In this document: in pieces, positions 32,976 through 46,734 of the stretch
Position numbering within the stretch: the stretch's first letter is position 1
Layout: the number at the start of each line of letters is the position of its first letter
DNA from: an uncultured Acidobacteriota bacterium
Lineage (GTDB): Bacteria > Acidobacteriota > Polarisedimenticolia > J045
NCBI GenBank assembly: GCA_963702425.1
Contig: CAVPCQ010000009.1
Location: 15,943 to 79,942 of the forward strand
DNA: 64,000 nt
Reading direction: 5' to 3'
Made by a program: the position numbers and the translations under genes
The notes under the pieces: generated by a model
The model's input: the letters and a program-made list of their open reading frames with translations, nothing else
The model's database searches: none
What the model was told of the DNA's origin: nothing

Positions 32976-33863
32976 ATGGGTGCCGTCACCGCGACCAACC
33001 TCCCCGGCCAGAAGCTTCTCTCGCGCGGCAAGGTGCGCGACATCTACGACCTCGGCGATCGGCTGCTGCTCGTCGCCACCGACCGGATCTCGGCCTTCGA
33101 CGTCGTGCTGCCGCAGCCGATCCCCGACAAGGGGAAGGTCCTGAACCAGCTCAGCGCGTTCTGGTTCGGCTGGTCGGCGCCGATCGTCGGCAACCACCTG
33201 GTCAGCGCCGACGCCGCGACCTTCCCGGCCGCGCTGCAGCCGTTCCGCGACGTGCTGGCCGGCCGCTCGTCCCTGGTCCGGAAGGCGGCGATGTTCCCGG
33301 TCGAGTGCGTCGCCCGCGGGTACCTCTCCGGCTCGGGGTGGAAGGAGTACCGGGAGAGCGGGACGGTCTGCGGAATCCGCCTGCCGGCCGGCTTGCGGGA
33401 GTCGGACAGGCTCCCCGAGCCGATCTTCACGCCGGCCACCAAGGAAGAGACCGGGCACGACATCAACATCTCGTTCGAGCGGGCCTGCGACCTGATCGGG
33501 ACCGAGGCCGCGGGCGAGCTGCGGCGGCTGACGCTCGCCATCTACGCCCAAGCCGCCGCCTACGCGGCCGAGCGCGGGATCATCATCGCCGACACCAAGT
33601 TCGAGTTCGGCGTGATCGACGGGGCGATCGCGATCTGCGACGAGATGCTGACCCCCGACTCCTCGCGCTTCTGGCCGGCCGACCGCTACGCCCCGGGCGG
33701 CCCGCAGCCCTCGTTCGACAAGCAGTTCGTGCGCGACTTCCTGGAGTCGATCCACTGGGACAAGAACCCGCCGGCGCCGGACCTGCCCGGAGACGTGGTC
33801 GCGGGGACGCGTGCGCGCTACATCGAGGCGCTGACGATCCTCTCCGGGCGGGGGCTGGCGTAG
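32976..33863 (+). CDS. purC: phosphoribosylaminoimidazole-succinocarboxamide synthase
   Basis: GKVRDIY, ATDRISAFD, ECVARGYLSGSGW, ADTKFEFG, DEMLTPDSSRFW, SFDKQFVRD. Confidence 0.97.
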   Translation: MGAVTATNLPGQKLLSRGKVRDIYDLGDRLLLVATDRISAFDVVLPQPIPDKGKVLNQLSAFWFGWSAPIVGNHLVSADAATFPAALQPFRDVLAGRSSLVRKAAMFPVECVARGYLSGSGWKEYRESGTVCGIRLPAGLRESDRLPEPIFTPATKEETGHDINISFERACDLIGTEAAGELRRLTLAIYAQAAAYAAERGIIIADTKFEFGVIDGAIAICDEMLTPDSSRFWPADRYAPGGPQPSFDKQFVRDFLESIHWDKNPPAPDLPGDVVAGTRARYIEALTILSGRGLA

Positions 33864-33888
33864 CCGGCGCCGGCCGGTTTCGGGAGAT

Positions 33889-36360
33889 CTAGGGGCAGGC
33901 CGGGTTCGGTCGTTTCACTCCGCTCGACGCGGCTCCCAGCTCCCCGGGGCCGCAGGCCGAGCGCGCCCGGCTGAGGTAGTAGAGCCCCGAACCCGTCCCG
34001 GGTTTCGCCGCGTCGGTCGCCGACGGCCCCGGCAGGCCGGCGGCAAAGCAGCCGTGCGTGTAGCGGAACGGCGCGGCGAGCGTCCCGCGCGCCAGCTCGT
34101 AGCTGCTCGCGCCCGTCACCGCCGACCACTGGATCGTCGTGCGGTCGGGCCGCACGACGAGCGCGGTCGTGAGCCCGGGGGGCGTGATCCCCGGGCTGGC
34201 CGGCGCACAGTCGGAACAGGCCGGAAACCCGTCGCCGTCGGCGTCGGTCAGGTCGGGCACGGTGACGATCACCTCGTCGACGGACGACTCGTGCCCGTCG
34301 CTTGCGGTGAGCCTGAAGACCAGCGAGCCTCCTCCCGGTGACGCGGGCGGGGCGAAGCTCGGCCGGGGCGACGACGGGTCGTCGAGTGCGGCCGGCGGCC
34401 CGGCCGTCTGAGTCCAGGCGAAGGCGAGCGGCTGCCCGTCGGGGTCGGAGCTGGCGCTGCCGTCCAGAACGACGCGCGGGCCCCCGATCACGCAGGTCGT
34501 CGACTGGTCGGTGCCGGCTCGAGCGACCGGCGGCTCGTTCGGGTAGAGGAAGAGCCGGGCGGTGGACGACAGGCCCGAGGCGTCGGTCGCCGTGAGCACC
34601 AGCTCGTAGAAGAAGGGCTCCCCGGCGCCTCCGTGGTCCTCGGCGACGAACGATCCGTTCGGGCCGACGCTGTCCTGGTACGGGTGCTCGTGCGTGTTGT
34701 GGTGCTGGATGACGGTCCAGCGCAGCGCGTCGCCCGGCAGCGTCGACTCGTCGGGATCGGTTGCCGCACCCGAGAAGGGGATCACCTCCCCGTCGACGTA
34801 CGTCGCCGGAGGGAGGGGCGAGAGGATCGTCGCCACCGGGGGGAGGGAGCCGACGGTCACGGTCACCTTGGCCGAGGTCGTCACCTGGCCGTCGCTGACC
34901 TCGAGCGTCGCGATGAAGGTCCCGTTCGCGGTGTAGGTGTGGACGACCGACTCGCCCTCCCCGGTCGCGCCGTCGCCGAAGCTCCAGTGGTACGTGAGCG
35001 GGTCGTTGTCGGCGTCGGTCGTCCCGGCCGCGCTCAGCGTGACGACGAGCGGGGCGTAGCCCCAGGGGGGCGTGGCCGTGGCCTTCGGACGCGGTGCGTG
35101 GTTGCCTTCGCCGACCCAGAGAATCCGGCTCACGCTCCCGGAGGGATACGAGAAGCTGGTCGCGATGTTGAGGTAGACCATGTTGCCATCGGGGCCCAGC
35201 TGCAGGTCGACCGGACGGAAGTTGACGTCCCCCTGGGCGAAGTTCGAGATCGAAACCAGCTCGTCCTGTGCGGTGACGGTCAGGTACTTGATCCAGTGCA
35301 GCGCATAGTCGGAGAAGAAGTAGCGGTCGGCGTACTGCGAGGGGTAGTTGCCGCCGACGTAGAAGACCGCCCCGGTCACCGCGCCGCCGTCGGTCGTGTG
35401 GCGATACGAGTGGATCGGGCTGGTCTGCGGCGGCTGGGCCGCGCATTGCGGCCCGAAGTACTGCCGGTAGATCGACTGAGGGTCGTTCCCCTCCCAGCAG
35501 GGCCAGCCGAAGCTGGCCCCCGGCGCGCCACTATTCACCTCCTCCCAGGTCCTCCAGCCGACGTCGTTGACGTAGAGCCGCCCGGTGGCCGGACGGAACG
35601 CGGCCTTGAAGGGATTGCGCAGGCCGAGCTGGAAGACCTTGGAGCGGTTCGCGGCCGGCGTCGTGTAGAACGGGTTGTCGGCCGGTGCCGTGCCGTCGGG
35701 ATTCAGTCGGAGCACCTTGCCGACCAGCTCGTTCGGATCGAGCGCGCGCATCGCGAGCGATGTGGGGACGTCGTACGACGCGCCGTCGCCGGTCGTGGCG
35801 TAGAGCTTCCCATCCGGCCCGAAGCGCAACGCTCCACCCGCGTGCGAATCGACGTCGGACGGAATGTCGTCGACCAGGATGACCTCGCTGCCGGGTACCG
35901 CGACGTCTCCATTGGCCGTCCACCGCGTGATCCGGTGAATCCGCGAATAGCCGTTCTTCGGGTTCGGCGGGATGATGTCGGTCGTGTAGGCGAGGTAGAC
36001 GTGGCGGTTGGCCGCGAACTCGGGGTCGACCGTGAGCCCGACCAGCCCGCGGTCGTTCTGCGTGTTCACGTCGACGGTCACGAACGGCGCGGTCAGGAGG
36101 CGCCCGTCGGCGGTCACCACGCGGACCCGGCCCGCCTTCTCCGCGACGAAGATCCGCCCGTCGGGCGCGAAGGCGAAGGCGGTCGGCCGATCGAGTCCCT
36201 CGACGAGCAGTTCATCGTCGAAGCCGGAGGGCCAGGTGACGGCCGAGAAGGCGACGAAGGGGGAGGCGACGCACGAGAGGATCGCTGCGAACAACCATGA
36301 AATGCGCCGACCTCCGCTCACGCGCGTCCTCCGCCTCGCGACCCCCTGGCCGCCGCTCAT
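33889..36360 (-). CDS. secreted glucose/sorbosone dehydrogenase-family beta-propeller protein with PKD/Ig-like domains
   Basis: signal peptide, PDGRIFVAEKAG, HAGGALRFGPDGKLY, GLRNPF, PKD motif WSFGDG, DGSASSDPDG. Confidence 0.88.
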   Translation of the reverse strand: MSGGQGVARRRTRVSGGRRISWLFAAILSCVASPFVAFSAVTWPSGFDDELLVEGLDRPTAFAFAPDGRIFVAEKAGRVRVVTADGRLLTAPFVTVDVNTQNDRGLVGLTVDPEFAANRHVYLAYTTDIIPPNPKNGYSRIHRITRWTANGDVAVPGSEVILVDDIPSDVDSHAGGALRFGPDGKLYATTGDGASYDVPTSLAMRALDPNELVGKVLRLNPDGTAPADNPFYTTPAANRSKVFQLGLRNPFKAAFRPATGRLYVNDVGWRTWEEVNSGAPGASFGWPCWEGNDPQSIYRQYFGPQCAAQPPQTSPIHSYRHTTDGGAVTGAVFYVGGNYPSQYADRYFFSDYALHWIKYLTVTAQDELVSISNFAQGDVNFRPVDLQLGPDGNMVYLNIATSFSYPSGSVSRILWVGEGNHAPRPKATATPPWGYAPLVVTLSAAGTTDADNDPLTYHWSFGDGATGEGESVVHTYTANGTFIATLEVSDGQVTTSAKVTVTVGSLPPVATILSPLPPATYVDGEVIPFSGAATDPDESTLPGDALRWTVIQHHNTHEHPYQDSVGPNGSFVAEDHGGAGEPFFYELVLTATDASGLSSTARLFLYPNEPPVARAGTDQSTTCVIGGPRVVLDGSASSDPDGQPLAFAWTQTAGPPAALDDPSSPRPSFAPPASPGGGSLVFRLTASDGHESSVDEVIVTVPDLTDADGDGFPACSDCAPASPGITPPGLTTALVVRPDRTTIQWSAVTGASSYELARGTLAAPFRYTHGCFAAGLPGPSATDAAKPGTGSGLYYLSRARSACGPGELGAASSGVKRPNPACP

Positions 36361-36460
36361 CTAACTACGGCGGAACCGGCCGTTCGGCAAACCGTTCGGC
36401 CGCGAAGGTCCCCGGGACGGGGCCGGTCCGGGTGGGGTAGCCTCCCTCCCGCGCGGCCGC

Positions 36461-36486
36461 GCAACCTCCCGCGGGCGCCCTCCGTA
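36461..36486 (+). promoter_or_regulatory. putative ECF-sigma autoregulatory promoter GCAACC-N16-CGTA
   Basis: AAC/CGT-type ECF promoter 15 nt upstream of the sigma ATG. Confidence 0.55.
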
Positions 36487-36501
36487 TCACCGGGTGAGCC
36501 G

Positions 36502-37074
36502 ATGTCCCCACCGAGCCCGCTGCCGCCTGACGAAGCGCTGGTCGAGCGGAGCCTCGCGGGGGACGAGGACTCGTTCGGAGCGCTCGTGAGCCGCTACCAG
36601 GGATACGTCGCCGCCGTCGCCGGTCGCACCGGGGTCCCCCCGGCCGACCTGGCCGACGCCGTCAGCGGCGTCTTCCTCAAGGTCTGGCGCAACCTGCACC
36701 AGTTCCGGCCGGGGACTCCGTTCGCCACCTGGCTCTACCGGATCACCGTGAACCACGCCTTCGACGAGTACCGCCGGACGCGCCGCGAGCGGGCGCACGC
36801 CGAGCTGCGCGACGAGGTCGTCGACCCCCGCCCGGGCAGCTCGGAGCGACTGCTGAGCGACGAGCGGGCAGAGTTCGTCCGAGCCGCGCTGGCCGAGCTC
36901 GAGCCGCACTACCGCGAGTCGCTCTTTGCGGTCTACGTCGAGGGACGGACGATCGCGGAGACCGCGGCCGCGCTCGGCGTCCCCGAGGGGACGGTGAAGG
37001 CGCGGCTTCACCGGGGACGACACCTGCTGGCGGCGAGCCTGCGCCGGCGCCACCCCGGTCACTTCGGAGGCTGA
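36502..37074 (+). CDS. ECF RNA polymerase sigma factor
   Basis: FATWLYRITVN, ETAAALGVPEGTVKARLHRGR. Confidence 0.93.
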   Translation: MSPPSPLPPDEALVERSLAGDEDSFGALVSRYQGYVAAVAGRTGVPPADLADAVSGVFLKVWRNLHQFRPGTPFATWLYRITVNHAFDEYRRTRRERAHAELRDEVVDPRPGSSERLLSDERAEFVRAALAELEPHYRESLFAVYVEGRTIAETAAALGVPEGTVKARLHRGRHLLAASLRRRHPGHFGG

Positions 37075-37078
37075 CGCG

Positions 37079-37723
37079 ATGCGCTGCGCGACCGCGGGAC
37101 GGCTGGTCACGGAGCGGCGGGGCCGCCCGGGGCACCGCCTGCCCCCGATCCTCGAGGCGGAGCTGGCGCGGCACCTCGACGGGCTGCCCGGCCTGCGCCG
37201 CGGACGCGGCCCTGGAGACACGCCTGGCGCAACAGCTGACCCGCGGGGCGGCCGGCGCTGCGGTGCCGCCCGTCGACGTGCGGGCCCGCGTGCTGATCGC
37301 ACTCGTGAGCGAGCCCCCGGTCGATCGCCGGGCCGTGAGCCCGCGACAGCTCGTCGCTGGGGGCGGTCGCCGGCGGCGCGCTGGTGGCCGCGGCAGCGCT
37401 CGTCGCGGCGTGGGTGGGACCGGTCGTCGCCGACCGGGTCGCCGACGCCGGTGTGGTGCCGCTCCTTGGCGGGTGGCTCGAGCACGGCGTGCGCACCGTG
37501 CGTGCGCTCGGCGTCGCAGCGATCGACACGCTGCGCGCCGTCTGGGTCGACCCTGGTCGAGCTGTTGAGGGCGATCCCGGTGGTCCGACGCGCCTGGTCC
37601 TTCGCCTTCGCGGCGCTCGGCCACCTCGCCCTGGCCTCGATGCTCATCCTGTCCGCCTGGTGGATCGGGCGCGACGTCCTGCGGCCGGCCCGAAGGTCGG
37701 CCCGTGAGGAGACCTCCCGATGA
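37079..37723 (+). CDS. membrane-anchored zinc-binding anti-sigma factor, several compensating frameshifts in this sequence
   Basis: MRC...HLDG then CPAC in a shifted frame (HxxxCxxC); TM segments spread over frames; ATGA overlap with the next gene. Confidence 0.75.
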   Translation: MRCATAGRLVTERRGRPGHRLPPILEAELARHLDGLPGLRRGRGPGDTPGATADPRGGRRCGAARRRAGPRADRTRERAPGRSPGREPATARRWGRSPAARWWPRQRSSRRGWDRSSPTGSPTPVWCRSLAGGSSTACAPCVRSASQRSTRCAPSGSTLVELLRAIPVVRRAWSFAFAALGHLALASMLILSAWWIGRDVLRPARRSAREETSR

Positions 37724-38760
37724 CACGCTCCGCGCCCGCCCTGCTGCTCGTCCTCGCGTTCCTGCCGGTCTTCGCCCAGGCGCCGGAGACGGTGCCGGCT
37801 GCCGAACCGGACGCGACTCCCTCGGCGGCCGAAGAGCCCGAGTCGCCTGCGACGAGACCCGTCCGCGAGCGGGTCGGGGTGCTCACCGAGATCGCGGTTG
37901 CGGCGGACGAGGTGGTGCAGGGCGACGTCGTCTGCATCGGCGGCAACGCCAGCGTGGCCGGACGCGTCACGGGCGACGTCGTCGTCGTGGGGGGGACGCT
38001 CGACCTGGCGGGAACGGTCGAGGGGGAGCTCGTCGCCGTGGGGTCCTCCGTCTCGTTCGGGCCGGACGCGTCGGTGCGCAACGACGTGGTCACCGTCGGA
38101 AGCCGCGTCGACGACGCCGGGCTCGAGTACGGCGGCCAACGGGTGAACGTGGTCCCGATCTTCGGCATCCCGACCGCGCGCGGGGCGTTCGGCGTCTTCA
38201 CGTCGATCCTGGGCTGGATGGCGCTGCTGCGCGTCTTCCTGGTCTTCATCGTGATCCTGGCCTACCTCGCGCTCGCGCCGCGCCAGGTCCACGAGCTGAG
38301 CGAGCGGATCGGCCTGGGCTACGTGCGCGCGCTGTTCATCGGCCTGGTCGCCCACGCGGCGCTCTTCGCGATCGGCCTGCTGCTGGCGATCACGGTGATC
38401 GGCCTGCCCGTGCTGCTGGCGCTGCTGTCGGCCTTCTGGCTGCTGCGGATCCTCGGTCGCGCCGGGCTGTTCCACGCCGTCGGTCTGGGGATCGGCCGTG
38501 GGTTGTCGCGCGAGATGTCGCTCGTCGGCGCGACGCTGCTCGGATTCGTGCCGTGGGCCCTGCTCGTCGTGCTGCCGTACTTCTTCGGCTTCGCCGGGCT
38601 GATCGTGGCGATCGCGGTGCGCATCGTGCTCTGGCTGCTGGTCGACTTCCCGGCGATCGGGGTCGTGCTGGAGTGGCTCTACGAGCAGCGCCGGACGCGG
38701 CCCTCGGCCGCGAGTCCGCCGCCCCCGCCGGCGCCGCCCGTCGTGCCGGTTTCGGCGTAA
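37720..38760 (+). CDS. exported beta-helix (bactofilin-like) repeat protein with C-terminal multi-TM domain
   Basis: signal peptide, GDVVCIGG/GDVVVVGG/GELVAVG repeats, then about 5 TM helices. Confidence 0.8.
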   Translation: MTRSAPALLLVLAFLPVFAQAPETVPAAEPDATPSAAEEPESPATRPVRERVGVLTEIAVAADEVVQGDVVCIGGNASVAGRVTGDVVVVGGTLDLAGTVEGELVAVGSSVSFGPDASVRNDVVTVGSRVDDAGLEYGGQRVNVVPIFGIPTARGAFGVFTSILGWMALLRVFLVFIVILAYLALAPRQVHELSERIGLGYVRALFIGLVAHAALFAIGLLLAITVIGLPVLLALLSAFWLLRILGRAGLFHAVGLGIGRGLSREMSLVGATLLGFVPWALLVVLPYFFGFAGLIVAIAVRIVLWLLVDFPAIGVVLEWLYEQRRTRPSAASPPPPPAPPVVPVSA

Positions 38761-38773
38761 CGGGAGCCGCCGG

Positions 38774-39851
38774 TCAGAGCAGCGCGGCCAGCGCCTCGCA
38801 CGCGCTCGCGAAATGCCGCGGCCCGGTCGGACGGTCGCGCCCGCCCGGGAACCGCGCCAGCAGCGCGTCGAGCCGCCGGGCGGCGCCGGCCACGCGCTCC
38901 GGCGGCAGGTCCCCCAGGGCGATCCGGCGCGCGATCTCGTCGCGCGCACGGCGCGGGGCGTCGAGACCGTGGCAGAAGAGCGCCAGGTCGCAGCCCGCGT
39001 CGAGCGCGCGCCAAGCGCGCTCGCCCGGTCCCGCGCCGGTCGCGACGGCCCCCATCTCGAGATCGTCGCTGATCACGAGGCCGTCGAAGGCGATCCGTCC
39101 CCGGAGCCAGTCGCCGAGCAGCGTCCGGCTGAAGGTCGCCGGTTGCGGCGGGTCGCCGTCGATCGCCGGGTAGTGCGCGTGCGCCGTCATCACGAGCGGA
39201 GCGCGCGCGGCGAGCGCGCGGTACGGGTGGAGGTGCTCGTTCCAGAGCGCCGCGTCGGACAGGGGCGAGGTGGCGAGCGCGAGGTGCGTATCGAGGTCGC
39301 TCCCGCCGAGCCCGGGGAAGTGTTTCAGGCAGCCGGCGATCCCCGCCTCCTCCAGCCCGTCGAGTACCGCTTCGGCCAACGCCGTGACGTGTTCGGGCCG
39401 AGTTCCGAATGAGCGGTCGCCGATCGCGTTGAGCCCCGGGCCGTCGTCGAGATCGACGATCGGGTGGAAGTCGACGTCGAACCCGAGCGCGGCGAGCGCG
39501 CGCCCGACCGCGGCCCAGACCGCTCGCACCCGCACCGACGCCCCAGCCGGCCTGGACGCGGCCCGGTGGGAGGCGATGGAACAGCGGTTCGATCTCGCGC
39601 AGCCGGTTGACGCGGCCGCCCTCCTGGTCCACCGCCACGAACAGCGGCGCGCCCGCCGCCTCGCGCAGGCCGACGATCAGGTCGGCGGTCTGGCCCGGCG
39701 AGCGCAGGTTGCGGGCGAAGAGGATGACGCCGGCGGGGCGCAGTTCCTGGAGCGCGCGCGCCTCCTCCGCGGGGAGTTCCGGCCCCGCCAGCGCGGCGAC
39801 GACGAGCCGCCCGGCGGCCTGATCATCGAAAACGGGGTCGCGATCGCGCAT
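38774..39851 (-). CDS. nagZ: beta-N-acetylhexosaminidase (GH3), one frameshift near 39540
   Basis: GVILFARN and AVDQEGGRVNR in one frame; IGDRSF, KHFPGLG, DTH and SDDLEMGA in the next. Confidence 0.9.
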
Positions 39852-40128
39852 CGCTCGATTGTCCGGAGCCGCGGGGGGCGCGTCAACGCGCCCCGGACAG
39901 GCGGGGAGGCTCCGGGCACGCGAACGATCATGACCTCCGGGACGGCGTCGGTTATTCAGCGTGCTCGAGGCGCTATCCGTCTTTCATGCAGCAACTTAGC
40001 AAAGCCGCCGAACGTCCTGCGCGGCCGGTCGGGAAATCGAGGGGTTGCCGGGGGGGGCGCTCCGAGGTTATCTTCCGCCTCGGCTTTTTGCCTGCCTGAC
40101 GAGTTCATCGACGACGAGGGCCCCCCGA

Positions 40129-41029
40129 GTGCTCTTCCGCCGCCAGTTCACCATCATGATCCTGCCGGACGCCCACCTGCGGCTGCGCCGGCTTCACCTT
40201 CGCGGAGCCCACTTCTTCTGGGCCCTCGCGGTGCTCGGCGTCGTCGGCGGCCTCGCCGCGAGCGCGCCGCTGCTCGGCCTGTGGGCCGGCCAGCTCTCCG
40301 GACAGTTGGCCGAGGTGAGAGAGGAGCGGGACCGGCTCGCCGAGCGCTCGCAGGAAGTCGAATCGACGCTCACCGACCTGCGCCGCAAGGTCGACCAGTT
40401 CGAGCGCCGCACCGAGAAGATGGCCTCGCTGGCCGGGCTCGACATGACGAGCCTGTCGCGCAGCGGACTCGGGCAACCGAACGGCATCGCCAACATGGCG
40501 CCGGCGCTTCGTGCGGACGTACTCAAGAGCGAGGCCGAAGATCTCTCCGACCGCAGCGCGGTGCTCGAGCGCCGTCTCGACCAGGTCGAACAGGGAGCTC
40601 TCCGAGCGGTCCGAGCGGTTCGCGCGCGTCCCGTCGCTGCTCCCCGTTCCCGGCCTGATCGGCGGCGGGTTCGGCTGGCGGCGCGATCCATTCACCGGGG
40701 CCAAGCAGTTCCACCGCGGCGTCGACCTCTCCGCTCCGACCGGAACGCTCGTCTTCGCGCCGGCCGACGGGATCGTGCTCGCCGCGGAGCGCGAGAGCGG
40801 CTACGGGAATGTCCTGACGGTCAGCCACGGCGACGGCATGGTCACCCGTTACGGTCACCTCGCCCGGTTCAAGGTCAAGCCGGGCCACGAGGTTCGGCGC
40901 GGCGACGCGATCGCGGTCGTCGGCAGCACCGGCCGTGCGACCGGCCCGCACCTGCACTACGAGGTGCTGCTCGAGGGGCGCCAGGTCGACCCGATGGCCT
41001 ACATCCTCGACGAGGGCGCCGGCTTCTGA
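40129..41029 (+). CDS. M23 family metallopeptidase with TM and coiled coil, frameshift near 40590
   Basis: TM plus coiled coil in one frame; FHRGVD, YGHL and TGPHLHYEV in the next. Confidence 0.88.
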
Positions 41030-41163
41030 ACCCGGGCTCCGCCCGCGCCCTTCCGCCGCTCCGATCCGCCGTCGGCCGCTCCACGGGGCGGCCGGTTTCG
41101 CGTGCACCCTTCGGCCATCCGGGCTAGCATCCACGCGTTTGCCACAGCCTTCGGAAGGTCAAG

Positions 41164-43893
<2,730 letters not shown>

Positions 43894-44075
43894 TCCGGCT
43901 TCGCCTCCGGCTACGCCGGACAAGCCCCCGTTCCGGCGCGGCTTCTGCCTCCGCTGCCTCCGATTCGCCTCCCTGTGCCGCCCTGGATTTGACCGGGGCC
44001 TGCTCGGGCACCAAGTTCGCCCCGTGCCTCGCCCGTCGCCGGGCCTGCCCGGCGTAGCCGAAGGCGAAGCCGGGA
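43894..44075. repeat. inverted pair of ~34-bp REP-like elements (second family) enclosing ~113 bp
   Basis: TCCGGCTTCGCCTCCGGCTACGCCGGACAAGCCC (43894-43927) versus GGGCCTGCCCGGCGTAGCCGAAGGCGAAGCCGGGA (44041-44075). Confidence 0.8.
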
Positions 44076-44081
44076 GGCCCG

Positions 44082-45053
44082 ATGCCCCTCACCCTCGAAG
44101 TCATCGAGTGGCGCCAGGACGACGGAACGGAGATCGTGCACCGGGTCGAGCCGGGCGGCGAGATCAAGCTTGGCGCGCAGCTCACGGTCACGGAAAGCCA
44201 GTGGGCGGTCTTCTTCAGGGACGGCCGGGCGTACGATGTCTTCGAGGCCGGCCGTCACCTGCTCCACACGAGGAACATCCCGCTGCTGGTCGAGGTGCTG
44301 AAGCTCCCCTACGGCGGCCGCTCGCCGTTCCGCGCCGACGTCTACTTCGTCGCGCGCAAGCTGTTCGCGGACCAGAAGTGGGGAACGCGGGAGCCGGTCG
44401 TCTTCCGCGACCCGCAGTTCGGCATGCTGCGGCTCCGGGCGCACGGCCGCTACGCGATCCACGTCGCCGACCCGCGGACGTTCGTCAACGTCCTGGTCGG
44501 CACGCTCGGCCGCTACAGCACGGCCGAGCTCGAGGACTACCTGCGCGAGGTGATCGTGGCCCGGCTGAACGACGCGCTGGGCGAGCTGGCCATCCCGCTG
44601 CTCGACATGCCCCGCCAGTACGACGAGATCGCCGAGGAGCTGAAGCGCCGGATCGCGCCGGACGTCGCGCGGCTCGGACTCGCGCTCGCGGCGTTCTACA
44701 TCGGCGCGATCGTCCCGCCCGAAGAGGTCGCCAAAGTGATCGACGAGCGCTCGTCGATGGCGGCGGTCGGCCTCGAGGGCGACTACCTGCGCTTCAAGGC
44801 CGCGCGGGCGCTGGGGGACGCTGCGGCCGGCACCGGCGGCGCGGCGGGCGAGGCCGCGGCCGGAGGGGCGGCGGCGGGAATGGGTCTCGGCGTCGGTGCG
44901 GGGCTCGGGATGGCCCTGCCCGGGATGCTGCGCGAGCTCACGGCGCGGGGGCCGACAGCGCCGCCGGCGGCTGTCGGATGCGTCCGCTGCCAGGCCACGC
45001 TGCCGCACGGCGCACGGTTCTGCCCGCAGTGCGGCGCGCCGCAGGGCGGCTGA
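44082..45053 (+). CDS. SPFH/band-7 domain protein (YdjI-like) with C-terminal zinc ribbon
   Basis: GAQLTVTESQWAVF, KWGT, Gly/Ala-rich helix, CVRC...FCPQCG. Confidence 0.88.
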   Translation: MPLTLEVIEWRQDDGTEIVHRVEPGGEIKLGAQLTVTESQWAVFFRDGRAYDVFEAGRHLLHTRNIPLLVEVLKLPYGGRSPFRADVYFVARKLFADQKWGTREPVVFRDPQFGMLRLRAHGRYAIHVADPRTFVNVLVGTLGRYSTAELEDYLREVIVARLNDALGELAIPLLDMPRQYDEIAEELKRRIAPDVARLGLALAAFYIGAIVPPEEVAKVIDERSSMAAVGLEGDYLRFKAARALGDAAAGTGGAAGEAAAGGAAAGMGLGVGAGLGMALPGMLRELTARGPTAPPAAVGCVRCQATLPHGARFCPQCGAPQGG

Positions 45054-45100
45054 CCGGCGCACGGCGCCGCAGGTGGACGGGGACGAGCCCCGCCGCATAG

Positions 45101-46600
<1,500 letters not shown>

Positions 46601-46734
46601 GGGGCCTCCGGCGGGGGGAATGCCGGGACCGGCCGCGGGGCAGATCCCGCCAGCTCCGGCGCACCCGGGCGCCGGTCGTCGCTCGCGGTTCCGCGCCGGG
46701 AGGGTAGAATCTCCCGGTTTGGGCGGGGACACGC

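Noticed and set aside
39950-40050. possible IHF site or riboswitch in the lower-GC nagZ/M23 intergenic region
   Set aside because: only a partial IHF match (CAGCAACTTA) and no recognisable RNA motif
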